Origin: a virus
Virus record (IMG/VR): IMGVR_UViG_3300028030_000007
Location: 1-64,000 of that record
Length of the DNA stretch: 64,000 nucleotides
Direction: 5' to 3' (one strand)
The notes beneath the pieces are model-generated. The model was not told the origin of the DNA. It was given only the letters and a program-made list of their open reading frames with translations, and did no database searches. A program made the position numbers and the translations under genes. Position 1 is the stretch's first letter; each line of letters begins with the position of its first letter. Shown in pieces: positions 20,061 to 29,553 of the stretch.

Positions 20061-20609
20061 ATGGCTAGTGTTTTAAGAGTAATTAATGGTCAACTTTACA
20101 ACAGGAGCATTTTGATAAATTCGTTAGATAACGGTTTACCAAATTCTCTTCCAGATGAGAGACATAAGCAACAAGTATATGTCCCGTACACGAATCCTAT
20201 CGACAGTAATGTCCCAGGATACTCAGATTTCACTCTGACCGATAGAGTTTTGAGATCAACAAATTCAGGGGTTATCAATAAACTCAATTCTGCCGGTATA
20301 ATCTCAATTGGTATAATAGATTCTGCTGATACTGTCGCTCCGACTGTTACATCGGCTTCTTACACTGATCCGACGATAACGATAAATGGAACCAAGTTCA
20401 CATCAATTTCACCGGACGTTACCTATGTAACATTCACAAATAACTCATCTGGTTTGTCTGTGACTGTTCCTAGCACTGATTTTGCCTCGGCTTCAGCTAC
20501 TCAAATTACTGTAAATAAGTCAAAGGTCGCAGCGATCGGTACTCCAGCTTCTGGTTGGACTCTTGTTGTGATGGCAAATTCAAAAACTGCTTCTGGCACC
20601 ATAGCGTAA
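20061..20609 (+). CDS. Virion structural protein with C-terminal IPT/Ig-like domain
   Basis: SD GAGG; PTVTS...ITINGTKF...SATQITV pattern typical of IPT/TIG domains. Confidence 0.6.
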   Translation: MASVLRVINGQLYNRSILINSLDNGLPNSLPDERHKQQVYVPYTNPIDSNVPGYSDFTLTDRVLRSTNSGVINKLNSAGIISIGIIDSADTVAPTVTSASYTDPTITINGTKFTSISPDVTYVTFTNNSSGLSVTVPSTDFASASATQITVNKSKVAAIGTPASGWTLVVMANSKTASGTIA

Positions 20610-20622
20610 AGGTTTACCTAAA

Positions 20623-21408
20623 ATGAAGATAGTTACACTTAGAAGTGATATAGTCGGACTGAAAGTTGATGATATTGATCCAGTTAACAGAATAGCTGTT
20701 TGTAGGGAACCGCCAGGCCAGAACATAGAGATAAGTTATCCGTCTGATGATGAGATTCAGACAGTGATTGATAACTATGTTTATGTGTCAGTTCTTGGAT
20801 CTGATACTGCTGCTAGCATTGACACGTCGTCAGCGTATAATCTTCAACTAAAAAGAAGCGCTGCTGGCGTTACGGAAACGTTTGCTATAACGACTCATGG
20901 TGCTGGTACTGCTAAAACAGCGATCGTTAGCGAGCTTAATACAGCGTTTGCGTCTGCTTCAGCGACATTTGTTGCTAGGCTTGACGCTAGTAACAGAGTG
21001 ATAATCTCTAGCACTATCATTGGATCTAACTCTTACATTCAAGTGATAACTGGTGGCGCTAATGATATTGCCGGTGCACTTGGTTTGTCAGGGACAGTTA
21101 CCAGCACTACAGTTTCAGACATTAGAACTAACATCGTTCTTGGTGTTTCACCGTGGGCTGACATATCAATTACCAACATCGCTTCGATCGGAACTCATGA
21201 CCTGATGTTAGATTCGGACTTTAGTCCATTCTACTATGATCTGGTGCAAGTTTTAGGTGGAGTTATCGTTGAATCCGCTGAAGCGTTGACATCGTTTACT
21301 AGTGGCAAACTCCACGTTCTTAATGACACCTCGTTTACGTGGAATGGAACAGCTGGGATCGCAATAGCCTGTCTTGAAGACGACGGATCGACTCAGTTTA
21401 CGGTGTAA
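20623..21408 (+). CDS. Virion structural protein
   Basis: S/T/A/G-rich; TAKTAIVSELN..RVIISS...ALGL segment resembles modules in the tail sheath. Confidence 0.55.
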   Translation: MKIVTLRSDIVGLKVDDIDPVNRIAVCREPPGQNIEISYPSDDEIQTVIDNYVYVSVLGSDTAASIDTSSAYNLQLKRSAAGVTETFAITTHGAGTAKTAIVSELNTAFASASATFVARLDASNRVIISSTIIGSNSYIQVITGGANDIAGALGLSGTVTSTTVSDIRTNIVLGVSPWADISITNIASIGTHDLMLDSDFSPFYYDLVQVLGGVIVESAEALTSFTSGKLHVLNDTSFTWNGTAGIAIACLEDDGSTQFTV

Positions 21409-21411
21409 GCC

Positions 21412-21621
21412 ATGATTGATAACGACACCATAGTTAGAATAGCAAAGCAAATAGTCAAATCACGGGTTGCCAAGACTCATATCGTGAAAACGAAGGATGG
21501 CTATTGCATCAAGTCCACTAAAAACAAGCATTGGAACGGTGGATGCTACAAGACTAAGGAACAAGCTGAAGATCGAAACGATCAAATTGCCATGTTCTAC
21601 CACATGAATGGCGGCAAGTAA
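21412..21621 (+). CDS. Small basic protein with IVRIAKQIVKSRVA leader
   Basis: 69 aa, tightly packed; leader resembles those at 14819(-) and 22539. Confidence 0.6.
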   Translation: MIDNDTIVRIAKQIVKSRVAKTHIVKTKDGYCIKSTKNKHWNGGCYKTKEQAEDRNDQIAMFYHMNGGK

Positions 21622-21638
21622 CTGTAAAGTGAGTCATC

Positions 21639-22535
21639 ATGAGTGTTGTATTCAAACGTGGTGACGAACTTGGACGTCAAGATCTAAACGTCTTTCTAAA
21701 AGATTCCAACGACAAACCAGTAAACGCGGCGGAAATATCGTATAACATATACGATATGACCTCTGGAATGGAAGTGCTTCTTCCACCGGACGATCGTTCC
21801 CCGGTCAATCCGGCAGTCGGTGAATACTACGCGTCATTTGTCATTCCAAATGACGCTAACATTGGTGATTATAGAATTCGTTGGAAGGTAAAGCAATATC
21901 TGAATAGTAAGACTGTGAACATCGTTCAAGACTTTGCCGTTGTATCACAGCCAACAGAGGTTATAGCTTTACCAGGCGCTAGTGCGATTGAAATGGATCT
22001 ACTTCGTGGTCTTAGGATCATGTTGCGCGATAACAAACCTGATCGTAATTATCATTTCATACCACCAGCCGGTGAGTCCACTGTCAATGAATTTAATAGA
22101 GTGTTTGGGTTTATTTGGGAAGATGAAGAACTCATTGAATTCATGAGAATCGCTCTAGATTCAATAAATATGTATGCACCCCAAACATTCTATAACTCTC
22201 TAGATAGTTTGATGCAGGGTCATTCAAATTGGAGATCAGTGTTATATATGGGTGCTATGATATATGCGCTTAATGCTTTATCTATAAATTGGATACATGA
22301 TGAATTTAGCTATTCTATAGGCGGAGTATCATTAGATATCGATAAATCATCAAAATATATGGGTATGGCTGATTCAATATACTCAAAGTTTAATGAGATG
22401 GTTGAATCTGCGAAGTCCACAGTCCTGATCACTAAGGGACTGAAACAACAAAAGTTTGGTATTGGAATAAGGTCGTCATTTGGTCCATCGGTCGGTCGTG
22501 GAGCTTTGACTCCTAAGAGATTCATGGGAGTTTAA
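21639..22535 (+). CDS. Head-tail adaptor / neck protein
   Basis: N-terminal Ig-like domain plus adaptor-like C-terminal part (FSYSIGGVSLDIDKSSKY); synteny. Confidence 0.6.
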   Translation: MSVVFKRGDELGRQDLNVFLKDSNDKPVNAAEISYNIYDMTSGMEVLLPPDDRSPVNPAVGEYYASFVIPNDANIGDYRIRWKVKQYLNSKTVNIVQDFAVVSQPTEVIALPGASAIEMDLLRGLRIMLRDNKPDRNYHFIPPAGESTVNEFNRVFGFIWEDEELIEFMRIALDSINMYAPQTFYNSLDSLMQGHSNWRSVLYMGAMIYALNALSINWIHDEFSYSIGGVSLDIDKSSKYMGMADSIYSKFNEMVESAKSTVLITKGLKQQKFGIGIRSSFGPSVGRGALTPKRFMGV

Positions 22536-22538
22536 TTA

Positions 22539-22859
22539 ATGGTTAGCAAAAAACAAATAGGTAAAATAGCTAGTTCAATCGTTGCTGCTAAGAAAAAGAA
22601 GAAGCCTCCGGTTGAAGAGTTTAAAGATCCTGACTCCATCGATGGAGTTGAGATGTCCATTCTCATGTCTATAGACCTGTCCTCTGAGTTTGTTTTAACG
22701 GACCCGGACAACCTTAAGAAGGTGAAGAGCAAGCTCAAGAGAGAGATAAGGAAGGCCGTGAAGAATGCCATCGGAAGTTCATTGGAGGGTTATGCTGACG
22801 GTGAGCCTAGAATCGGTAACGTTTCGGTGTCATTAAGAGGCGGCCCTAACACTCTGTAA
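22539..22859 (+). CDS. Hypothetical protein with IGKIASSIVAA leader
   Basis: 106 aa, SD GGAG, tight packing. Confidence 0.6.
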   Translation: MVSKKQIGKIASSIVAAKKKKKPPVEEFKDPDSIDGVEMSILMSIDLSSEFVLTDPDNLKKVKSKLKREIRKAVKNAIGSSLEGYADGEPRIGNVSVSLRGGPNTL

Positions 22860-22865
22860 TATCTA

Positions 22866-24119
22866 ATGCCCGCCCCAGAGGATAGAGTACCCAGAATAAT
22901 AAAGTATAAGCTTCAAGAGAGGTGGTCTACTCAGTATCCTCTTCCCCCAAAAGACGTTCAATACATACCGTGCTACGATCGTGGAAGGAATGACATTCGT
23001 TGGTCAAACCCGTCAGAGCTTGTGGGTAATGATGAGTTTGAAATAATCGGTGTTAATATTTACAGGTCATTTGATTCTTCTAGTGGACCATTCACTAGGC
23101 TTAATACTCATCCGGTTTCTTCACAATTTTGGAGAGATGACACAAAAATACGTGTTATTATAGATGAGGATGTGCATCATCATCTGCTTTCTAATGGTGA
23201 TGATGTACATGGTGATATTATACTACAAACGCAATATAAACCAATTTATATACATACTAGTCGTGATACACATGCTACGCTATATCATAACATAGATGTA
23301 AAAGTAAATAAAAAGAAGGTTCCCATATACTCTGTTGATAAAGTTAACGGTGTTATAACGTTGGATCGTACTTGGGTATTTGATGTTATATCACAATCAT
23401 TTGATAGATCAGATCTATCTAATTTAGATAGTGTTCCATTCACGATATCATACAAATATACTGAGAATGAACTTAATCAAAATATTTCACATAAATGTTT
23501 TTATAGAATAACAACGGTGGCTATGCATGACGGTGAACTCATTGAAACACCGATCGAGAGAGCTACGTCAACTAATAACGGTGAACTTGAAAGATTAGAT
23601 TATATCTGGGAAGAAGCCATACGACGAAATATGTGGATACTTTACCAGGGCGGTGAAAGAGTAAAACTTTTCATAAGAAAAACGACTGGCATCAAATGTA
23701 CATGTTATTCAGAAGAACATGGAAGAGCCAGAAATGACTGTCCAACTTGTTATGGGACCGGTTACGTCGGTGGGTATGAAGGGCCATTTGACATGATAAT
23801 CGCCCCTGATGACTCAGAAAAACAGATAGCACAATCTAACTTAGGGCTTTCTATGCACCACTCGTATGAGACATGGACAAGCCCATACCCAATGTTATCA
23901 CAACGAGATTTCATAGTAAAAAGAAACGGAGACAGGTATGGTATTGGTCCGGTTAGGATGCCGACCAATAGAGGAATGCAACTGCAACAGCATTTCACCG
24001 TTTCCCATTTAGACGATTCTGACGTGAGATATAACGTTCGAGTTGACGACTCAGACGTGATAGTTGATCCGACGATAAAAGATTCTACGACTCAAGAAAA
24101 TATAATGCGTTATTACTAA
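22866..24119 (+). CDS. Head completion / closure protein with Zn finger
   Basis: CTC...CPTCYGTGYVGGY motif in the C-terminal domain; N-terminal FN3/Ig-like region; synteny. Confidence 0.6.
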   Translation: MPAPEDRVPRIIKYKLQERWSTQYPLPPKDVQYIPCYDRGRNDIRWSNPSELVGNDEFEIIGVNIYRSFDSSSGPFTRLNTHPVSSQFWRDDTKIRVIIDEDVHHHLLSNGDDVHGDIILQTQYKPIYIHTSRDTHATLYHNIDVKVNKKKVPIYSVDKVNGVITLDRTWVFDVISQSFDRSDLSNLDSVPFTISYKYTENELNQNISHKCFYRITTVAMHDGELIETPIERATSTNNGELERLDYIWEEAIRRNMWILYQGGERVKLFIRKTTGIKCTCYSEEHGRARNDCPTCYGTGYVGGYEGPFDMIIAPDDSEKQIAQSNLGLSMHHSYETWTSPYPMLSQRDFIVKRNGDRYGIGPVRMPTNRGMQLQQHFTVSHLDDSDVRYNVRVDDSDVIVDPTIKDSTTQENIMRYY

Positions 24120-24919
24120 CGCTTAATCATACCGCCGTATTTCACTACAAATCCACCAGGTAATTGAACGATAGCGGACTTTTTCTTATTTTTGATCACA
24201 TCGCTAATCGCTTCAATGTGGGATCTTTTGATTGAGTTTTCCATTTTATACTCAGACAGGTCGTCTGCTATGTTGCAAAGATGTTTTACGACCGATGGAG
24301 AGATCTCTTCAAGTTGTGGCAGAATACTATGTCTAATTCTAGACCTTAAGTACTTTTCATTGAAATTTGATGGATCGATAGCGTATTCAACGCCAACATC
24401 GTCTAAATATTTTTGAATTTGATCTTTTCTTAAGTGAAGGATCGGTCTGATGATCGTTATGTTTTCATCACTATTTTTATTCATGGGTGGCATGACTGAA
24501 AGACCGTTCGGACCGGATCCTCGAAGGATTCTCATGAGAACGGTTTCAGCCTTATCGTCGGCGTGATGTCCTAGAGCTAGTTTATTACGATCGTGTTGTT
24601 TGGCTATTTTGTATATTACCTTGTATCTTTCATCCCTAGCATTTTGCATAACATTTCTTGACCCATCAAAATGAATAGAAACACCGGTAAACATGAACCC
24701 GAATGATTTAGCTAATTTCCCTGCCAGTTTTACTTCATCTTTTGACTCTGGTCTTAGGTTATGATCTACTGATATTACGTGTACGTTTTTATAACCCAGT
24801 TTCCCTAAGGCATAGACTAAAAGTTGTGAATCCGGCCCGCCGGACGATCCAACAGCGAGTCTATCGTCTTCGTTAATTAAACCGTGTTTTTTGATGTATG
24901 ATGCGATTGATGATATCAT
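24116..24919 (-). CDS. tilS: tRNA(Ile)-lysidine synthetase (short form)
   Basis: PP-loop SGGPDS, VDHNLR, ARDERY, GHHADDKAETVLMRILRGSG, IIRPIL, DPSN...RSRIRH. Confidence 0.93.
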   Translation of the reverse strand: MISSIASYIKKHGLINEDDRLAVGSSGGPDSQLLVYALGKLGYKNVHVISVDHNLRPESKDEVKLAGKLAKSFGFMFTGVSIHFDGSRNVMQNARDERYKVIYKIAKQHDRNKLALGHHADDKAETVLMRILRGSGPNGLSVMPPMNKNSDENITIIRPILHLRKDQIQKYLDDVGVEYAIDPSNFNEKYLRSRIRHSILPQLEEISPSVVKHLCNIADDLSEYKMENSIKRSHIEAISDVIKNKKKSAIVQLPGGFVVKYGGMIKR

Positions 24920-24978
24920 TTGTTTTTAAATCTTTTTTCTATTTTGTTTATGTAAAATTACACCTGTATGCTAAAAAT

Positions 24979-25386
24979 ATGAAGACATCATCTAAAATGA
25001 AACAATACTCTGGGTGGGGAGAGTATGAAAATAGTCAGCTTTGTATCGATATTAAAAACGATATTATAAAAAGGGCTAGAAGGCTTGCTTCAACGTTAAC
25101 GTTGGATGAAGACATTGTTAAATTTGACCCATACGCTAATGAGTTTATTGATTTCATTAAAAACACTATAGATGATATTTATAATTGTGATTTGATCAAG
25201 GAGTTAAGAAAAATCCTTGAGGGTGAGTTTAAATCTGTTCATGACAACGCGTACAAATTTGAAATAAATCCTCCGACATATAAACAATCAAGTGGTTGGA
25301 AAATTTACAATAAATTCATTGGAAAGATCTACGCTATAATATATTATACCGATAATATAGGTAAAGGAAATAGAACTTATTCATGA
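24979..25386 (+). CDS. Hypothetical protein
   Basis: ATG 24979 preferred (the ORF-track start overlaps tilS); contains RRLAS; ATGA overlap with the next gene. Confidence 0.5.
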   Translation: MKTSSKMKQYSGWGEYENSQLCIDIKNDIIKRARRLASTLTLDEDIVKFDPYANEFIDFIKNTIDDIYNCDLIKELRKILEGEFKSVHDNAYKFEINPPTYKQSSGWKIYNKFIGKIYAIIYYTDNIGKGNRTYS

Positions 25387-25955
25387 AAAAGTCGGACGGA
25401 ATAAGGTCAAAAATAATTGACGCGGTTGTAAAGAGCACACCGTCAGTAATAAATAGAATACTAGTTGATGGACATGTAATAATAGATGGTACAGAAATTT
25501 CCGCGTATAAGAAGAAAGATGGTATCATAATAGAGATAGAGGTTCCGACAGACTCAATAAAAATTTCCGGGAAAGATGACAATAAACCTGCTAAAAAAAG
25601 AATAGAAACCGCTAGGGAAATATACGAAAAGAATCAAGATATAATACACGGCAGAAAAAATGTCAGTCGAGGGACTAAGGGGAAAGTAGGCGTTAGCAAA
25701 GCATATGCATCAAAGAATTTCAATCCAACAACGAAAAGAGACGTTAGACAATTGTCTAGAAAACAGGTTGAATATAACGTTGATATTGACGATGAAGTAG
25801 AAGTATTCATTGAAGACAATGGTAAAGTTATTAGTGTGAATTCCGATAAACAAAGGAATGACATACTAAACAAATACTCTGAAAAGATAACTAAGGTTAT
25901 AACTAAATCACTCTCTGAACATATTGAAAAACTGATCGGTGAAAGTAAATTATGA
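25383..25955 (+). CDS. Hypothetical basic protein
   Basis: 190 aa; ATGA overlaps on both sides. Confidence 0.6.
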   Translation: MKKSDGIRSKIIDAVVKSTPSVINRILVDGHVIIDGTEISAYKKKDGIIIEIEVPTDSIKISGKDDNKPAKKRIETAREIYEKNQDIIHGRKNVSRGTKGKVGVSKAYASKNFNPTTKRDVRQLSRKQVEYNVDIDDEVEVFIEDNGKVISVNSDKQRNDILNKYSEKITKVITKSLSEHIEKLIGESKL

Positions 25956-26572
25956 AAGCTTACAAAATAACAAATAACTCAAACATGAACATAAGAATAG
26001 AAGATATCGGTGTTCAGATAAACTCTAAATGTTCTTGTATCGTATCTCAACAACAACTCGGTTCATCGAGTGATATAAATAGATTTTCAGATTACATAAC
26101 AGTAAATGAAATAGTAGTAAATAACCCGTCATCAATACATAAACCGAGTTTTATAAAAAAGCATGGTCAGATAATATTCAATCCGATCATGGAAAAGAAA
26201 GAAAGTCATACCGAAGAAAGAATAGACGATATAAACAAACATTTAGTCGGGCTTAACAAATCGATAGAAGAATTGAAGAGTCTAATAAATGAAAGAGCAA
26301 GATTGATTGAAGAAAGTAAATCGATCATAAAGTATGAAATAGAGAAACAACCGGGGTCAGAAAGTAAAATTGATGAAGATCCGGAAAGTATGATAGTTGT
26401 TGGTGAACTTGTTCCGACACCTAAAGAAACACAGATCAATATTAGGTCAAAAGAAACTGAGTCAGAATCGTTTTCTTCTGCTAGAAAGGCGTTGAAAAAC
26501 GCTAGGAAATCCACTAAGAAGCCGTCAAGAAAATCAACCAAGAAACCCGCCAGGAAATCAACTAAAAAATGA
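25952..26572 (+). CDS. Hypothetical coiled-coil protein with histone-H1-like C-terminal tail
   Basis: Central heptad segment; tail ARKSTKKPSRKSTKKPARKSTKK. Confidence 0.6.
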   Translation: MKAYKITNNSNMNIRIEDIGVQINSKCSCIVSQQQLGSSSDINRFSDYITVNEIVVNNPSSIHKPSFIKKHGQIIFNPIMEKKESHTEERIDDINKHLVGLNKSIEELKSLINERARLIEESKSIIKYEIEKQPGSESKIDEDPESMIVVGELVPTPKETQINIRSKETESESFSSARKALKNARKSTKKPSRKSTKKPARKSTKK

Positions 26573-26943
26573 ATAAAAAACAGTTTTTATTGCAACTAGC
26601 GGATCATCACTCTAGACTGGCGGCATCATTCAATAAGATCGCTCGCGATGAAGAGTGTCGTACATTATTGGACACTGCAAGCACACTTATAAAAAAGTCC
26701 ATACAATACTCATTTATGAGTAGACTTGATAATCCGATGTTGTATGTTCAACAGTTTAATAATATATTAAATAATAATCTTGATAAACTCATTGAATGCG
26801 GGATCACTAAAAGTTATATGTTACAACTTGTTCAAGATTTGACTAGATATGAAGTTGATAGAGCGTCAAAAGTATCCGATAACAAATTTCATGAAAATGT
26901 ATTAAGAAAACTAATACAAGTTGTAACCCGTCAAAATTGGTAA
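26569..26943 (+). CDS. Hypothetical protein with MNK..FL..L..HH.RLA.SF.K.A leader
   Basis: First 25 aa are homologous to those of ORF 30026. Confidence 0.65.
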   Translation: MNKKQFLLQLADHHSRLAASFNKIARDEECRTLLDTASTLIKKSIQYSFMSRLDNPMLYVQQFNNILNNNLDKLIECGITKSYMLQLVQDLTRYEVDRASKVSDNKFHENVLRKLIQVVTRQNW

Positions 26944-27010
26944 AAACGTAGGCGGCTGTTGTATTGTATTGTTATTCAATGACCGCCTACGAAAGTATTT
27001 GGAGATACTA

Positions 27011-27994
27011 ATGGAACCTGGAGTTGGACTAGATTGTGGAACAATGAACTTTGTCTCTGCCAGAAGAAATGGCAAGAAGATATCTACATCGAGACTTCGG
27101 GATGTGTTCATTGATCTTCCTAAAGAAAATAAAAGGATGCTTAAACTATCAAAAACCTCATACATAGAGTATGACGGAAAATTGATAGTAATAGGTGATG
27201 AAGCTATACAAACGGCGAACTTGTTTAATAAAGAGGTTCGTCGTCCAATGAATAACGGAATAATTTCATCAGGAGAGATTGAAGCCAGAAGCGTCATGGC
27301 AATAATGATGAAACAGCTTCTAGGCGATCCGATAGCAGAGAATGAAAAATGTTGTTACTCTGTTCCGGCGAAGTCCATAGATAACAATTCTGACATTATC
27401 TATCATAGAGCGATGTTAGGAATGATACTCGAAGAAATAGGGTATGACCCTGAGCCAATAAATGAATCTCTGGCCGTTATCTATTCTGAGTGTGAAAAAG
27501 ATAACTTTTCAGGGATCGCGCTTTCATTTGGGTCCGGGATGACCAACGTTTGTATGTCGTATAATGCTATGAGCGCTATGGAGTTTTCCCTAGGTAGAGG
27601 CGGCGATTGGGTTGACAATGGAGCGGCGAAGGCTGTTGGAAGTACATCAGCTAAGATGTGCTCAATAAAAGAAAAGGGTGTGAATATTAAAGCACCTAGT
27701 AGTAGAAATGAAGAGGCCATAGCGCTTTATATAAGGGAACTCATCGATTATTCCATTAAGGGAATCATTAAAGAGTTTTCATCGAATGATAACATAATGA
27801 CGATCCCAACATCTATCCCGATCGTTATATCTGGTGGTACGTCACTCGCTGATGGTTTCGCTGATATGTTCACTGAGAGATTCGAAAAATTTAAGGATAA
27901 GTTTCCTGTTAGCGTGTCAAACATCAGGCAGGCTAAGGATCCACTTACTTCTGTCGCTAATGGTCTTTTGTTAATATCATCACTTGATGATTAA
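27011..27994 (+). CDS. Actin-like ATPase (MreB/MamK-like)
   Basis: Phosphate-1 GLDCGT, IGDEA, RPMNNGII, connect-1 INESLA, phosphate-2 SFGSGMTN, GGDWVD, adenosine ISGGTS, connect-2 DPLTSVANG. GGAG SD before ATG 27011. Confidence 0.9.
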   Translation: MEPGVGLDCGTMNFVSARRNGKKISTSRLRDVFIDLPKENKRMLKLSKTSYIEYDGKLIVIGDEAIQTANLFNKEVRRPMNNGIISSGEIEARSVMAIMMKQLLGDPIAENEKCCYSVPAKSIDNNSDIIYHRAMLGMILEEIGYDPEPINESLAVIYSECEKDNFSGIALSFGSGMTNVCMSYNAMSAMEFSLGRGGDWVDNGAAKAVGSTSAKMCSIKEKGVNIKAPSSRNEEAIALYIRELIDYSIKGIIKEFSSNDNIMTIPTSIPIVISGGTSLADGFADMFTERFEKFKDKFPVSVSNIRQAKDPLTSVANGLLLISSLDD

Positions 27995-28052
27995 GATTTT
28001 TTTATTTGATTAAGTTTAGACAATTTCTAAACCTAACGCAAGGAATATATCG

Positions 28053-28361
28053 ATGGCGAAGATAATGTACAAGGGTGTTACTTTTGTAGTCGGAGATCCG
28101 AAAAAGCCTGAGCCCAAGAAGGTTGAAAAGAAGGCCGAAAAGAAGGCCGAGCCAAAGAAGGCCGAGCCAAAGAAGGTTGAAAAGGTTGAAAAGGTTGAAA
28201 AGGTTGAAAAGAAGCCTGAGCCCAAGAAGCCTGAGCCCAAGAAGCCTGAGCCCAAGAAGCCTGAGCCCAAGAAGCCTGAGCCCAAGAAGGAAGAGCCTAA
28301 GAAGGTGATCACCAGAAGGGCTACAAGAAAAAAGTCAACTAGAAGGTCATCAAAGAAGTAG
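28053..28361 (+). CDS. Lys/Glu/Pro-rich repeat protein with basic tail
   Basis: SD AAGGA; KKPEP, KKAEP and KVE repeats; C-terminus RRATRKKSTRRSSKK. Confidence 0.65.
   Translation: MAKIMYKGVTFVVGDPKKPEPKKVEKKAEKKAEPKKAEPKKVEKVEKVEKVEKKPEPKKPEPKKPEPKKPEPKKPEPKKEEPKKVITRRATRKKSTRRSSKK
28173..28283 (+). repeat. Coding tandem repeats: aaggttgaa x4 then aagaagcctgagccc x5
   Basis: Exact copies at 28173-28208 (9-mer) and 28209-28283 (15-mer). Confidence 0.95.
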
Positions 28362-28368
28362 ATGATAA

Positions 28369-29511
28369 ATGATATCATGGATATCAAACCCAATAAAGAA
28401 ACGGGTAGTTGAATTATTAAAGAATATACTATCCGAAAATCCTAAGTATGCACAATATTCCGATAATATTCTAAATAAATTTTCATATAAAGAGAGACAA
28501 TCTGTCGGAATAATAGTAAACTCCACATCATCAAATAAACTTCACATGTCAGCGGATAACTTCCTAGGGAATTATTATTCGTTTGTCATGTTATCATCGG
28601 TCGATGGTTACTCATCAAAATCCATTGAGTGGGTGAAAGAAGACAGGTATAAACTTCTTCAGTTATCGTCAAAGGCCGATAACTTCCCTACAAAGCCAGG
28701 ATCATACGTCGTTGAGATAACGAAAGTTCCGGACCAAACACCCGGTACTTTTGTTATTTACAGTTATCTCGATGTACGCAGTGAACAGTTAATTCTTGTA
28801 AATACCGGGTCATCTGTGGAGGCCCAACTTCCAGCGACCGATATCGTTGAAAATTCTGTTGATCTGTACTATGATGACAAATATGCGTTAATTAATGGAA
28901 GTGATTACACAATAGATTATGAGTCGGGTCTTATAACGTTCACAGAATTGACCGCTGATGCTAACGTAACCGCGTCATACCGTTATTATAGTGGTAAATC
29001 GTCCGAGTATGAGTATGAATATGACAAATACAATAACACGGCTTTACCTGGTGTTATAATAGCATTTGGTGAGTATTCACAACTAGGTGATAAACAAGTA
29101 ATAACAGTCACGGATGAGAGACTTCACGTTTATGATACATATGGTGGGAGATTTGAAACTGATTTTGGATTAACTTTATTCACTAAAGATCCAGAAGAAA
29201 GAGAAAGACTGACAGATTATATAATACTAAAGATACTTCAATCACAAAGTAGTCTAGCTGATGAGGGAATAGAAATTCTTAACGTAGGTCATGGCGGGGA
29301 AGACGAAGAAGCTTATAACTCAGAAACTGATGAGTATTACTACGAATCAAACGTAAGTTTGCAACTTCGCGTTGATTGGATGATTTACAAGCCAAAGGTT
29401 ATAACTTCAATAGGCTACAATTTGAATGATGATAATCATCCAGAAAAAGCTAGCACAGTTATAAATGTGTGCAATGTATACAGAAATACAACAATACCGA
29501 TGATGAGATAG
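28369..29511 (+). CDS. Tail completion / terminator-like protein
   Basis: Upstream of the sheath; Ig-like insert (DYTIDYESGLITF); C-terminal tail-terminator-like strand/helix pattern. Confidence 0.5.
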   Translation: MISWISNPIKKRVVELLKNILSENPKYAQYSDNILNKFSYKERQSVGIIVNSTSSNKLHMSADNFLGNYYSFVMLSSVDGYSSKSIEWVKEDRYKLLQLSSKADNFPTKPGSYVVEITKVPDQTPGTFVIYSYLDVRSEQLILVNTGSSVEAQLPATDIVENSVDLYYDDKYALINGSDYTIDYESGLITFTELTADANVTASYRYYSGKSSEYEYEYDKYNNTALPGVIIAFGEYSQLGDKQVITVTDERLHVYDTYGGRFETDFGLTLFTKDPEERERLTDYIILKILQSQSSLADEGIEILNVGHGGEDEEAYNSETDEYYYESNVSLQLRVDWMIYKPKVITSIGYNLNDDNHPEKASTVINVCNVYRNTTIPMMR

Positions 29512-29553
29512 TGTATAGTTATATATGTTAACCCACTACAAGGAATCACTATA

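Noticed and set aside
28173-28283. Tandem repeats as a possible CRISPR array
   Set aside because: Head-to-tail 9- and 15-mers with no spacers, in frame within a coding sequence.
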